Of a stretch of 31,067 nt of DNA, positions 1 through 9,235 are shown piece by piece; position 1 is the stretch's first letter; each line of letters starts with the position of its first letter. The position numbers and the translations under genes are program-made. The notes under the pieces were generated by a model, which saw only the letters and a program-made list of their open reading frames with translations, ran no database searches and was not told where the DNA came from. This DNA is from Actinomycetota bacterium (GTDB lineage Bacteria > Actinomycetota > CADDZG01 > WHSQ01). The stretch covers positions 1 through 31,067 of the forward strand of contig JAXDJM010000138.1 of assembly GCA_034665605.1 (NCBI GenBank), in the 5' to 3' direction.

Positions 1-2
1 CT

Positions 3-797
3 GCAGATCTCGACGAGCTGTCGGGCGGCCGGTTCCTGTTGGGGCTCGGCTCGCAGGTGAAACGCGTGAACGAGAACCGGTTCTCGGTGAAGTTCGAGCA
101 TCCGGCACCCAAACTCAAGGAGTACGCGCAGGCGATGCGCGTGGTGTGGGCCGCGAATAGGGGAGACGACGTCGTTCACGAAGGACGTTTCTATACGGTG
201 ACCCAGCCGGTTTTCGGTGGTCGCCGCGAACCGCCTCCCGATGACGTTCCCGTTTACTTCGCCGCCGTCGGGCCCGTGATGGCCCGCACGTGCGGCGAGG
301 TGGCCGACGGTTTGCTCGGGCATCCGCTGGCCTCCGTCAAATACCTCGAAGAGGTCGTGAGACCGGCGATCGCCGAGGGGGCCGAGCGGGCAGGACGACG
401 GCCCGAGGAATGCAACCTCACTGCCTCGCCGCTCATCTCGATATCGAACGATGTCGACGCCGCGCGGCGCGAGGTCAAGCTTCAGATCGCGTTCTACTCG
501 ACCACCCGGACCTACAGCGGGATCCTCGAACGACACGGCAAGGAGTCGATCGTCCCCGAACTGCGCGAGGCATTCGGGAAGAAGGACAAAGAGCGCATGA
601 TCGAGTTGATCGACGACGATCTGTGCGACGCGATCGCCGCAGCCGGAACCAAAGACGAAGTGGCCGATCGGGTCAAGGAGTGGCACCGGGTCGCAGATCG
701 ATTGCTCGTCGCGGGTCCGTGGTACGGGGTGACCTCGGGCCGGTTGATGGAGAACTACCAGGCGATAGTTGAGACGTTCGGGTCGAGCGCGGCCTGA
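3..797 (+). CDS. LLM-class (luciferase-like), probably F420-dependent oxidoreductase; 5' end outside window
   Basis: Frame is open from base 3 (ADLDELSGGRFLLGLGSQ). Later motifs PVYFAAVGPVM and GEVADGLLGHP are typical of LLM-family proteins and resemble the MSMEG_2256-type subfamily as recalled. Confidence 0.85.
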   Translation, partial: ADLDELSGGRFLLGLGSQVKRVNENRFSVKFEHPAPKLKEYAQAMRVVWAANRGDDVVHEGRFYTVTQPVFGGRREPPPDDVPVYFAAVGPVMARTCGEVADGLLGHPLASVKYLEEVVRPAIAEGAERAGRRPEECNLTASPLISISNDVDAARREVKLQIAFYSTTRTYSGILERHGKESIVPELREAFGKKDKERMIELIDDDLCDAIAAAGTKDEVADRVKEWHRVADRLLVAGPWYGVTSGRLMENYQAIVETFGSSAA

Positions 798-798
798 T

Positions 799-1458
799 TC
801 AGGCGCCGGGCAGACCGCTCGTGTCGGCCTGGCTCAGAACCTCGACGTTGTCTGCCTTCCATCCTTCCGGGGTTGAAACGAGACTGATCTTAAGGAAGTA
901 GCTCACGGTGCGGCCCCCGGGAAGAGCCGACGATTGAACGGTCTGGGTCACGCGCAGCAGCGCCACGGCCTCACCGGCGCTCGAGAACGACACATCGGGA
1001 CCCTGCAATATCTGTCCGCGGGAGGACGCCGATGATTTCTGAAGGGCGCTTCCCAATCCTTTGCCACTCGTGACGATCTTCTGATACTGATCGGCGAAAT
1101 TCCCCGTCGCCAGTGCCAGCATTTGCTTTCCGACGTCCTCGATGTTCGTCGATGAGTAATTGAGGAGCAGCGAACCGACGTCCGTGGAGACCTTTTCGAC
1201 GGCGGGGGATTGATCCGATAGATAGTTCCCAACTTCGTCCGGAGAGGTCTTTGATCCCGTGATCCACAGGATGGCGAACGTTCCGGCCAGGGCTATCGCA
1301 ACGACCAGCAAGCCGATCAGAACCACATTGGGACGGCGCCACAGAGGGCGTTTGCGCTCCGACTCGGCCGATGTTTCGGGAGATCCCTTCGTGGAATCTT
1401 CCGGGATCCCCAAGCCGGGTAGCGACGCCGCGCGCGCGTCTGAACTATCGGAAACCAT
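799..1458 (-). CDS. Mce-associated membrane protein (Mam-like)
   Basis: Last gene of the mce operon. Disordered N-terminus, one TM helix (VVLIGLLVVAIALAGTFAILWI), then a domain with LLLNYSST...ATGNFADQY...GWKADNV, the pattern seen in Mam proteins. Confidence 0.75.
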   Translation of the reverse strand: MVSDSSDARAASLPGLGIPEDSTKGSPETSAESERKRPLWRRPNVVLIGLLVVAIALAGTFAILWITGSKTSPDEVGNYLSDQSPAVEKVSTDVGSLLLNYSSTNIEDVGKQMLALATGNFADQYQKIVTSGKGLGSALQKSSASSRGQILQGPDVSFSSAGEAVALLRVTQTVQSSALPGGRTVSYFLKISLVSTPEGWKADNVEVLSQADTSGLPGA

Positions 1459-1495
1459 GACTGCACATCCTAGGGGTCGACGGATCTTGTGAGCT

Positions 1496-2713
1496 CTAGA
1501 TCCCGTTCAGGTAAAAGAGGGTCCACGACAAAGACGACAAACGCGACGGGATCGACTTGCCTTCCGATGCGCCCGCCAGTCCTCCGGCCGATCCCCCGAC
1601 GATCTGGCTGAGGGCCGAAGACGCGCTGTCGGTGCTCTGCGGTGTGCCGGCGAGCGGGGCGGAAGCGCTCGTCTTCTTACAGTGGGCGTGTTTCGGCGGT
1701 GCGTAGGGTTTGCGATTACCCGGCGGGCGACGCGGCGTCCCGTAGCTGCAGGGCGGGCCACCCGTGTCCGTGACCAGACCGAATCGGACCAGCCCCGTCT
1801 TGGACTCGAACGCCTTGTTCACCTTGGCGAGAGTGCCGGGCAAGATCGCCAGTAGGCGATTCAGATCGTCGTGATGAGCCGCTTGCAGCGCGTTGACCGC
1901 CGCGAACTTCGGGAGGAACTGATCGATCTGCTTCTTGTAGCGCGTGAGGAGCGCGACCACCTGGTCGGAGCTCAAGTTGGCATTCGTCAGCAGCTCATGG
2001 ATCGCCGGTTCGTCGCCCGCAAGCTCGGCGCTGACGAGGGCGAGCTCGCGGATCGCCCTTTCGAAATCGGCTTTCGAAGCAAGGAACGCGCCACCCAACT
2101 TCGTGCCGTTGGCGAGAAGGCCGTGGGTGTTGCCGGACCTTTGCGCAAACGTCTGCGCGAGGTCGGCAGAGGATTCGATGATCGTCGCGATGTCCGGCCC
2201 CCGTCCACCGAGCCCGCCGCCGAGCGAGTTGACCGCGCCTTTGAGCGCGCCCGGTGGCACGCCCTTCAAGACGGCTTGGAGCGTCGTCAACAGACCTTGC
2301 GTGCTCACGGGTATCGACGTCTGGCTCAGCGGGATCACCGAACCTTGGTGCAGGTACGGCGCAGAGTTCGATTGAGGTTCGAGCTCGATGAACTGCTCGC
2401 CCACGGCACTCTTGAACATGACCCGTGCTTGGACGCCCTGCGCGGGGATCTGGTCGCTTCCGTTTATGAGCATCTGGATCTTCACACCGTCGGGCACGAC
2501 CTCGAGCGTTCCAACCTGGCCGACCGTGATCCCTCGATACGTGACTTCCTGGCTTGTGAAGACGCCTCCCGCGTCGGGGAAGATCCCGTAGATCGCGAAG
2601 TGCCTGTGCAGGACGCTCAGCACTTGCGTTGCCATAGCGAAAGAAAGACCGAGCGCCAGAACCAGGAACGCGATGAGGTTGATCTTGACGCGGGTGCTTG
2701 GCGATAGCGCCAT
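1496..2713 (-). CDS. mceF: MCE family protein, sixth in operon (MceF-like)
   Basis: TM followed by an MCE domain (DAGGVFTSQEVTYRGITVGQV; KSAVGEQFIEL). Start moved to ATG 2713, which overlaps the upstream TGA (TGATG). The ORF-track start at 2857 lies inside the upstream gene. Confidence 0.88.
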   Translation of the reverse strand: MALSPSTRVKINLIAFLVLALGLSFAMATQVLSVLHRHFAIYGIFPDAGGVFTSQEVTYRGITVGQVGTLEVVPDGVKIQMLINGSDQIPAQGVQARVMFKSAVGEQFIELEPQSNSAPYLHQGSVIPLSQTSIPVSTQGLLTTLQAVLKGVPPGALKGAVNSLGGGLGGRGPDIATIIESSADLAQTFAQRSGNTHGLLANGTKLGGAFLASKADFERAIRELALVSAELAGDEPAIHELLTNANLSSDQVVALLTRYKKQIDQFLPKFAAVNALQAAHHDDLNRLLAILPGTLAKVNKAFESKTGLVRFGLVTDTGGPPCSYGTPRRPPGNRKPYAPPKHAHCKKTSASAPLAGTPQSTDSASSALSQIVGGSAGGLAGASEGKSIPSRLSSLSWTLFYLNGI

Positions 2714-3780
2714 CAGCCACCACCTCGCAGTGGTTGCTGAAGGATGAGCTGAACCCCGTTCGAGGGGTCGGAACCCGAGCTCGAGTGAGGGTTGTCCGTG
2801 TGGATGTTCTGGGGACATGTAGTGCCCTGTGCGGTGACGTTTGGCAGGGCTTGACATACGTCGAGCTGCAGGTACGAGCCGGGCATCGACAAGGGGAAGC
2901 GAGTCGAGAACACCGCGAGGGTTTGAAGTGTGGTCTGCAGATTGGCACTGCTCGCGACCAAGGTGCGCAATATCGGGCGGAGATCGCGGAATTGTTTGTT
3001 CAGTCCGCCCGCGGTCGAGTTGAGCAACTGGACCGAGATCGACGAGAAGCGATCGAGCGAGAAGAGCAGCCTTTGCAATGCGTGGCGTTGTGCCGACAGG
3101 ACGCTCGAGGACCCGGCGAAGGATTTCAGGAAGTTCTGAAGTACCGGAGAGTTGCTCAAGATCGAGTGCGCGACATTGTCCAGGTGGTCGACGGCCGAGG
3201 CGATCTGTCCTCGTCGTTGCGCGAGCGTTCCCGTGAACCGATCGAGCTCCGTAAGCAAGGTACGGACGTCTTTGACGTGACCCTTGAAGATCACAGCTTG
3301 CGAGTGGGTGAAACGGTTGATGTCCTCAAGGTCGCCCGTCCCCAGGATCGAGGCCAGCTTAGCGAAGACGTCTTCGAGCTCTGCGGACTTACCGGTTTGG
3401 CTGAGCGAGAGGACGTCACCTTGTTGCAGATAGGGGGGGCCGGGAGCTTGCTGCTGAAGGTCGACGAACTTCTCACCCAACAGCGAGGTCGTTCGGATCA
3501 CGGCGCGAACGTTGGAGGAAACGTGCTCTCCTTGGTCGATACACATCGTCACGTCCGCGTGGTACCCGTCGGTCGGCGACCCGACCAGCTTGATGTCGTC
3601 GATGTTCCCGATCCTCACGTCGGACGCTTGAACGTTCGCGTTCTTCACGAGGTCGCCAACCTGTTTGAACTGGCCGATGATCGTCATCCCGTTGCACGAT
3701 GCCGATAGTCCGATCAGCGCGCAGGACGACGTCATGCACGCGACGGCGACGAGGAGCGCCAGCTTCCTCAACTTCCCCAC
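2713..3780 (-). CDS. mceE: MCE family lipoprotein, fifth in operon (MceE/LprK-like)
   Basis: Signal peptide with a lipobox-like TSSC. MCE domain VGDLVKNANVQASDVRIG...RTTSLLGEKFVDL. Position in the operon matches MceE. Confidence 0.88.
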   Translation of the reverse strand: MGKLRKLALLVAVACMTSSCALIGLSASCNGMTIIGQFKQVGDLVKNANVQASDVRIGNIDDIKLVGSPTDGYHADVTMCIDQGEHVSSNVRAVIRTTSLLGEKFVDLQQQAPGPPYLQQGDVLSLSQTGKSAELEDVFAKLASILGTGDLEDINRFTHSQAVIFKGHVKDVRTLLTELDRFTGTLAQRRGQIASAVDHLDNVAHSILSNSPVLQNFLKSFAGSSSVLSAQRHALQRLLFSLDRFSSISVQLLNSTAGGLNKQFRDLRPILRTLVASSANLQTTLQTLAVFSTRFPLSMPGSYLQLDVCQALPNVTAQGTTCPQNIHTDNPHSSSGSDPSNGVQLILQQPLRGGG

Positions 3781-5258
3781 CCCAAGAAGCCCAGAACGTT
3801 TCCGAAGAATGATCCGACGCGATGGATCAGCGAAGGCGAGTGGGCGATCGTCGGGACTGCGGGACCGGCAAGTGCGTTACCGGTCACGCCCGGTATATCC
3901 GGAACCTGATTCGCGGGCAGGTTGGGGATATTTCCAACCGCTTTCTTGATCTTGTCGATCAGGCCACCCGGGTGCTTGATCTTCTGCTCGATCGACTTGC
4001 ACTTCTTTGCGATCTTCTTGATGTTCTTAGCGAGCGGTTTCAGTACTTGCTTCTTGATAGGAGGCGGGAGCCCGAGCTTGTTCAGTCGGTGGATCTCGTG
4101 CTTCACCTTCTTGACGGCCTTATGGCAATTGAACGGAAGGCTCGGCAGCTGCGGGAGCGTAGGTGCCGGCGCGGTCCCTGTGGGCAGCGGCGTGGGAAGC
4201 GGTGGCGGAGTCGGCCCCGGCCCGGTCACCTGCTTGCAGAGTTTCTCGAGCTGATCCTTCACGGGACCCGGCGGAACGGCGTCGACGATCGTGCATTCGA
4301 GCCGCTGGGTGTTCGAGTCACGCACGTCGACGTCGTGGTTCGCACCTCCGTGGAACGCCTTGCCGAGGCCGACGGCCACAACCGGCAGCCACGACAGGGA
4401 TTCAGATACCGACGCTCGATGCTTCAACACCTTTGCCAGGACCCGAGCGGCAAGGCCGAGATCGCCGCCGAGCTGGTTGCCTTGTTGCCTTACGAGACTG
4501 CCGACCTCGCCTGTAACGCCCGCCAGATTCTGCAACGTGCCCCTTAGATCTGCGCGGCTCACGTGGAGCGCGGTCAAGACGTTTGCAAAGTTGCTGTTGA
4601 GCGACCCGATCTCGCCGGCCCTCGTCGCGATCTTCGTGAACAGCTGGTCGAGATTGACGAGCAACCCGGAGAGGTGTCCCCGGGCGCCGGCAAGTGTCTG
4701 CGTGAGGTCGGATGCGGAGACCAGAGTGCTCTGCAGTTGCCCCTCCCGATCGTGGAGCGCAAGGTTCAGCTGCTTGACGAGAGTGCCTAGTGGCCCGGGC
4801 GCGCCGGGGCGTCCCGGCTTAACGGTGTCGAGGAGCTTCTTAAGCTGCGCGTAAACGTCGTCGAGCTCCGCCGGGATCTGAGTCCGATCGGTGTGCAAGA
4901 CCGCGCCGTCGGCGAGGGCCGGTCCACTTTGGTACGCGGGCGTGAGCTGCACGTAACGATCCGAGATCAGAGAAGGAGGAACGATCTGCGCATTCGCATT
5001 CGCCGGGACCTTGTACCTATCTTCGATCTGAAGCACGACTTTCACCTGGCTCCCGACTGGCGTGATCTCCGAGACTTTCCCGATCGGAACACCCAAGACG
5101 TCCACATCTGAGTGCGGATATAGACCGATCGTCTTCACGAAGTACGCAGTGACCTGGTATGTGCTCGGCTTGCGATGCGCGTTGTAGTAGAGGCCTGCGG
5201 CGCCCGCGAGAAGCAACAGGACGATGGTGGTCGACAGGGGCTTGATAAAGCGCTTCAT
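3768..5258 (-). CDS. mceD: MCE family protein, fourth in operon (MceD-like), with a Pro-rich and Lys-rich C-terminal extension
   Basis: TIGLYPHSDVDVLGVPIGKV and PPSLISDRYVQL are MceD-type motifs. Start ATG 5258 forms an ATGA overlap with the upstream stop. Confidence 0.88.
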   Translation of the reverse strand: MKRFIKPLSTTIVLLLLAGAAGLYYNAHRKPSTYQVTAYFVKTIGLYPHSDVDVLGVPIGKVSEITPVGSQVKVVLQIEDRYKVPANANAQIVPPSLISDRYVQLTPAYQSGPALADGAVLHTDRTQIPAELDDVYAQLKKLLDTVKPGRPGAPGPLGTLVKQLNLALHDREGQLQSTLVSASDLTQTLAGARGHLSGLLVNLDQLFTKIATRAGEIGSLNSNFANVLTALHVSRADLRGTLQNLAGVTGEVGSLVRQQGNQLGGDLGLAARVLAKVLKHRASVSESLSWLPVVAVGLGKAFHGGANHDVDVRDSNTQRLECTIVDAVPPGPVKDQLEKLCKQVTGPGPTPPPLPTPLPTGTAPAPTLPQLPSLPFNCHKAVKKVKHEIHRLNKLGLPPPIKKQVLKPLAKNIKKIAKKCKSIEQKIKHPGGLIDKIKKAVGNIPNLPANQVPDIPGVTGNALAGPAVPTIAHSPSLIHRVGSFFGNVLGFLGWGS

Positions 5259-6241
5259 GGTGTCTTCTGCTCGCATCCTTTAGAGACCACCAGCGCGCAC
5301 GAGTAGATGTCGCCCCACCGGCCTTGCTGGAAGATCGAGCCGAAGTAGCGCGACGAGGGCCCGGCGAACTCAAGAGCTACGTCGAGGTTCGACACGTTGT
5401 TATCGAGTACGACGAGAGCGTTGTGCAAGTGGTTGAGGATGTTCGTCAGATTGCTGTGATTGGTGCGGAGCACGTCGAATAGATCTGCTGCCATCAGATT
5501 CGTGCGATGCAGCAAGCTCTGGAGGCCGGCCCTCTTCTGGTCCAGCGTCGTCAGCACCTGGTTCGACGAATCGATCAGCCGGTTGATGTTGCTGCCTTGA
5601 CCCGACAGAAGGGCAGTCAAGCTGTCGGCGTTGGACAGCAGTTCGGTGAGATCGCGCTTCTTCGAGTTGAGACCTTCGCCGAGCTTGCTGAGGCCGGTCA
5701 GTGCGGAGCCGAGCTTGGTGCGCGACTTCTTCACGACCTTCGTCAATTCGCGCAGCGCGAGGTTCAACTGGTTGCCGTTCAGGCCCTGTAGGACTTTTGT
5801 TCCCTGGTTGGCGGCTTGGAAGATCTCATATGGAACCGTCGTGCGGGACAACGGGATCGTGTCCCCGTCTGTCATATACGGCGCTCCGCCGGTTCCATCG
5901 AGGTTGATGTACTTCGTACCGAGCAACGTAGCGAGCTTCAGGTCGGCAGAGGTCGACTTCGGGATCTTGGTTCCGTTGTCGATCTCCATGGTGACGAGCA
6001 CGTGGTCGCCTTTGAGCTCGATCCCGGTGACCTGGCCAACCTTGATGCCTGCGACGCGCACTTGATTCGAAGTGGTCAGCCCAACCGCATCGGAGAATTC
6101 GGCCTTGATCACGTACGCCTGGTTCAACGCAGGGATCTTGTTGATCGAGAACGCAAAGAGCGTGCCGGCGGCGATGGCAAGGATCGACAGGAGGCCGATG
6201 ATGACGGGGTTGCGCTCGCGGAAGTTCTTGACGGCCATCAT
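5255..6241 (-). CDS. mceC: MCE family protein, third in operon (MceC-like)
   Basis: FRERNPVIIG N-terminus, AEFSDAVGL..VRVAGIKVGQV and TLLGTKYI. ATGATG at 6241-6236 overlaps the upstream TGA, so the start is 6241 or 6238. Confidence 0.88.
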   Translation of the reverse strand: MMAVKNFRERNPVIIGLLSILAIAAGTLFAFSINKIPALNQAYVIKAEFSDAVGLTTSNQVRVAGIKVGQVTGIELKGDHVLVTMEIDNGTKIPKSTSADLKLATLLGTKYINLDGTGGAPYMTDGDTIPLSRTTVPYEIFQAANQGTKVLQGLNGNQLNLALRELTKVVKKSRTKLGSALTGLSKLGEGLNSKKRDLTELLSNADSLTALLSGQGSNINRLIDSSNQVLTTLDQKRAGLQSLLHRTNLMAADLFDVLRTNHSNLTNILNHLHNALVVLDNNVSNLDVALEFAGPSSRYFGSIFQQGRWGDIYSCALVVSKGCEQKTP

Positions 6242-7227
6242 CCACCCCCGCTCGTGAGGGCGGTGCACTGACCGGTCCCGAGCTCGGGGCACAACGAAAC
6301 GATGTAGAGGTTCCACCACGTCCCGTAGGACTGCGAGCGCGCGCTGGCGAGGAGGATCTCTTTCAGGTTTGCCGCAACCGTATTGAGTGGTCCCAAGTTG
6401 TTGTTCACGACGTTCAGGACGGTGTTCAGATCTGCGAGCTCTTGATCCAGGTTCGCCTTGTTGTGGGCAAGGAGACTTCCGAACTTCCCGGAAGCGGCGT
6501 TGAGGCGATCCACCACGCTACGGATGGTCGGCGTCACGCGTGCCAGGGATTGCATGACGAGCCCGAACTTCTGGATCCCCGTCGATATCGATCCGCCTTG
6601 CTGGTTCAGGATGCGCGTCACCTTATTGATGTCGGTGACGAGGCGGGCCAGTCGCTGATCATGGCCGGCGAGCGTCTTCGTGAGTGATCCCACGTTCCCG
6701 AGGATCCCGGCGAGTGCGTCCTCTTTGCCGCTGAACACTTTGACGACCGCGCGCGTAACGGTATTGATGTCGTCTGGGTTGGTGGACTGGATCAGTGGGC
6801 GAAGATTGTTGAACACGGCCGACAGATCCAGTGCCGGGTGCGTGTTCGTGTCGGGGATCGTGTCCCCGTCTCTCAGCAGCTCGGACGAGGGATCCGCCGG
6901 AACGAACAGGTCTACGACTCGCTGACCCAGCAGGTTGCGGTATTTGATGTCGGCTTGGACATTTGAGGGCAGCTTCGTGTCACCGTTTATCTGGAGGTCC
7001 AGTTCGGCTTCGCCGTGCAACACCTGGAAGTGCGTGACCTTGCCGACCAGAACCCCGGCGATCTTCACGGGGTCGCCGTTCAGCACGCCCGTAGCATCCG
7101 AGTAAACGGCGTGAACCTGATACGTGTTCGCGAACGGTGTGATGTTTCCGATGATCGTCGCTAAGTAGAACGTGATGATGATCGTGAATACCGTAAAGAC
7201 GCCGAGTTTGATCGCTGTGCTTTTCAT
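6238..7227 (-). CDS. mceB: MCE family protein, second in operon (MceB-like)
   Basis: SDATGVLNGDPVKIAGVLVGKV and KYRNLLGQR are MceB-type motifs. Start ATG 7227 forms an ATGA overlap. Confidence 0.88.
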   Translation of the reverse strand: MKSTAIKLGVFTVFTIIITFYLATIIGNITPFANTYQVHAVYSDATGVLNGDPVKIAGVLVGKVTHFQVLHGEAELDLQINGDTKLPSNVQADIKYRNLLGQRVVDLFVPADPSSELLRDGDTIPDTNTHPALDLSAVFNNLRPLIQSTNPDDINTVTRAVVKVFSGKEDALAGILGNVGSLTKTLAGHDQRLARLVTDINKVTRILNQQGGSISTGIQKFGLVMQSLARVTPTIRSVVDRLNAASGKFGSLLAHNKANLDQELADLNTVLNVVNNNLGPLNTVAANLKEILLASARSQSYGTWWNLYIVSLCPELGTGQCTALTSGGG

Positions 7228-8336
7228 GGTTGCGCTCCAAGCGAGGGCGCGTACAGAACTTGCCTGAGGCTCCCGGGCGCAGCCGCGTGAGGCTTCGGTT
7301 GGGTGCCCGGGGCGTAGGGCCCGCGGCTCTGCGAGATGAGGTTGTGGACCCGCCAGCACTTACCCGGCACGACATCGCCCTGCGCTTTTCCGGGTTCCGT
7401 TGTGGGCTGCCGGAACCGGCACACATCGTTCAGGTTTGCGTTCCATTTGGCATTGAAGATCGGAAGCGACGTCAACAAGTGATCGACGTCGACGGCGCGC
7501 GACGCAAGGACGCCGATAACGGTGGCGCCGCGATCGACGATGCGCGTTAGGTCGTTGAAGTGAACCTCGAACAAGGTCGACAGTTGATCCAGTAGCACTG
7601 GTGTCTTCCGCAGGTTCGAAGCGATAAGAGAGCTGTTGGAGATCGTGAACCTGTTGAGCGAATCCAAACTCCGCAAAGAGGAGATCAGGTCCCCCCGTAC
7701 GTTGTCCAAGACCGCCGCCGATCCCGCCAGCTGATCGATGCCCTTCTTCACGAGGCCGGTGTCCTGGTTGAGTGGGATGAGGGCGCGGTTGCCTTCGACC
7801 AAACCGCGGACGGCCGCGCTTTCGTGGCCCCCGAAGCCTTCCGCGAGAGCCGTGAGGAAACCTGCGAGCTTGTCCGGGTTGATGGCCTTCAAGAGCGGGA
7901 GGGCTTCGTTGAGGATCGATTCGACCTCGATCGGATTGATCGTGCGGTCGAGACCGATCTCATCGCCTGCGGCGATCGTTCCCTGGGGATCTTGCGGGTA
8001 GAGCAGCTCGACCCACTTCTCGCCGAACAGCGTTTTGGCGTTTATCTCGGCTCCGACGTTCGCGGGTATCACGTGAAGCTGGTCGGGTTGAAGATCGAGC
8101 GCCACTCGACAGTGCCCGTCGATGAGCTGTAGGTCGCCGACCGAGCCGACGAGAACCCCACGCTCCTTCACGTCGCCCCCAACCCTCAGGCCCTCGCCGC
8201 AAACGTCGAAGGTGGCGTAGGCGCGTTCGTAGCGCGAATGGATCCGGCCGGTGAGCACCAACCCGGTCAGCACGACCATGCCCCCCGCTATCACGAGGGT
8301 CAGTAGACCTATCAGAGATAACCGCAGCCTCTTTAT
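7224..8336 (-). CDS. mceA: MCE family protein, first in operon (MceA-like); start uncertain (ATA 8336 or GTG 8294)
   Basis: GEGLRVGGDVKERGVLVGSV and AKTLFGEKWVEL. The frame upstream of GTG 8294 reads IKRLRLSLIGLLTL back to an in-frame TAA at 8342-8340. An AGGGGG SD-like motif sits 7 nt before ATA 8336. Confidence 0.85.
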   Translation of the reverse strand: MKRLRLSLIGLLTLVIAGGMVVLTGLVLTGRIHSRYERAYATFDVCGEGLRVGGDVKERGVLVGSVGDLQLIDGHCRVALDLQPDQLHVIPANVGAEINAKTLFGEKWVELLYPQDPQGTIAAGDEIGLDRTINPIEVESILNEALPLLKAINPDKLAGFLTALAEGFGGHESAAVRGLVEGNRALIPLNQDTGLVKKGIDQLAGSAAVLDNVRGDLISSLRSLDSLNRFTISNSSLIASNLRKTPVLLDQLSTLFEVHFNDLTRIVDRGATVIGVLASRAVDVDHLLTSLPIFNAKWNANLNDVCRFRQPTTEPGKAQGDVVPGKCWRVHNLISQSRGPYAPGTQPKPHAAAPGSLRQVLYAPSLGAQP

Positions 8337-8370
8337 CTTTTATCCCCCTGTGGCTCCCGCCGCCCGCGGG

Positions 8371-9228
8371 TTAGCCGGCTATACGCACTGTGTCGTGCAC
8401 ACCCCACATGACCGCAGACATCATCAGGTTCAAGACGTTTACCGCGACGATCGAGGCACGGATCGCCTTACCGACGGCGACGCCGACTCCTGCCGGCCCT
8501 CCCGATGCGTTGAACCCGTAGTAACAGTGGATCAGTGCGACGGCTAGCGCGAACACGATCACTTTGATCAATGAATACAGAACGTCGGTCGGCGGCAAGA
8601 ACAGCGTGAAGTAGTGGTTGTAGGTGCCGCCCGACAACCCTAGGAACTTGGTCACGACGATCGATGTCGCGAGATACGACGAGAACAGCGAGATGAGATA
8701 GAGCGGGATGATCGCCGTGAGGGCTGCGATGACCCGCGTCGACACGAGGTAGGGGATCGGCCGCACGGCCATCACTTCGAGCGCGTCGATCTCTTCGTTG
8801 ACGCGCATGGCGCCGAGCTCGGCGGTGAACCCTGCTCCCACTTGGGCGGCGAGCGTTACGCCGGCGATCAACGGAGTGATCTCTCGGGTGTTAGCGAACG
8901 CCGACACGAAACCAGTGAAGGCCTCGGCTCCGATGAGCTGCAGCCCCTTGAAGCCCTCGAGTCCGACCTGCGTGCCGGTGAAGAACGCCATAAAGAAGAT
9001 GACGCCTGCCGTACCGGCGCCGACGATCAGTGCCCCAGCTCCCAGCGTGATCTCGGATACGAGCCGGGCGACCTCGCCGCCGTGCCTGATCGCTACCACC
9101 GTGTCGGCCAGCGACTTGCCCATGAACGAGATCTCTTCGCCGATCGACGCGAGCCCATCGATGCCCCGATTGACGATGCGGCCGGGGATCCCCAGCGTTT
9201 GTCTCAGCGTTCCCGCTTGAACGGCCAC
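8371..9228 (-). CDS. yrbEB: YrbE/MlaE-family ABC permease (YrbEB-like)
   Basis: ANTREITPLIAG..LAAQVGAGFTAELGAMRVNEEIDALEVM. GTG start preceded by AGGAG. Confidence 0.93.
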   Translation of the reverse strand: MAVQAGTLRQTLGIPGRIVNRGIDGLASIGEEISFMGKSLADTVVAIRHGGEVARLVSEITLGAGALIVGAGTAGVIFFMAFFTGTQVGLEGFKGLQLIGAEAFTGFVSAFANTREITPLIAGVTLAAQVGAGFTAELGAMRVNEEIDALEVMAVRPIPYLVSTRVIAALTAIIPLYLISLFSSYLATSIVVTKFLGLSGGTYNHYFTLFLPPTDVLYSLIKVIVFALAVALIHCYYGFNASGGPAGVGVAVGKAIRASIVAVNVLNLMMSAVMWGVHDTVRIAG

Positions 9229-9235
9229 GGCTCTC

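Noticed and set aside
792-804. Palindrome GCCTGA-T-TCAGGC between the LLM and mam genes
   Set aside because: It arises because both convergent genes end in GCC TGA. The 1-nt loop and lack of a U-tract argue against a terminator.
4140-4230. Pro-rich GC repeats in mceD
   Set aside because: Low-complexity protein linker, not a DNA repeat array.
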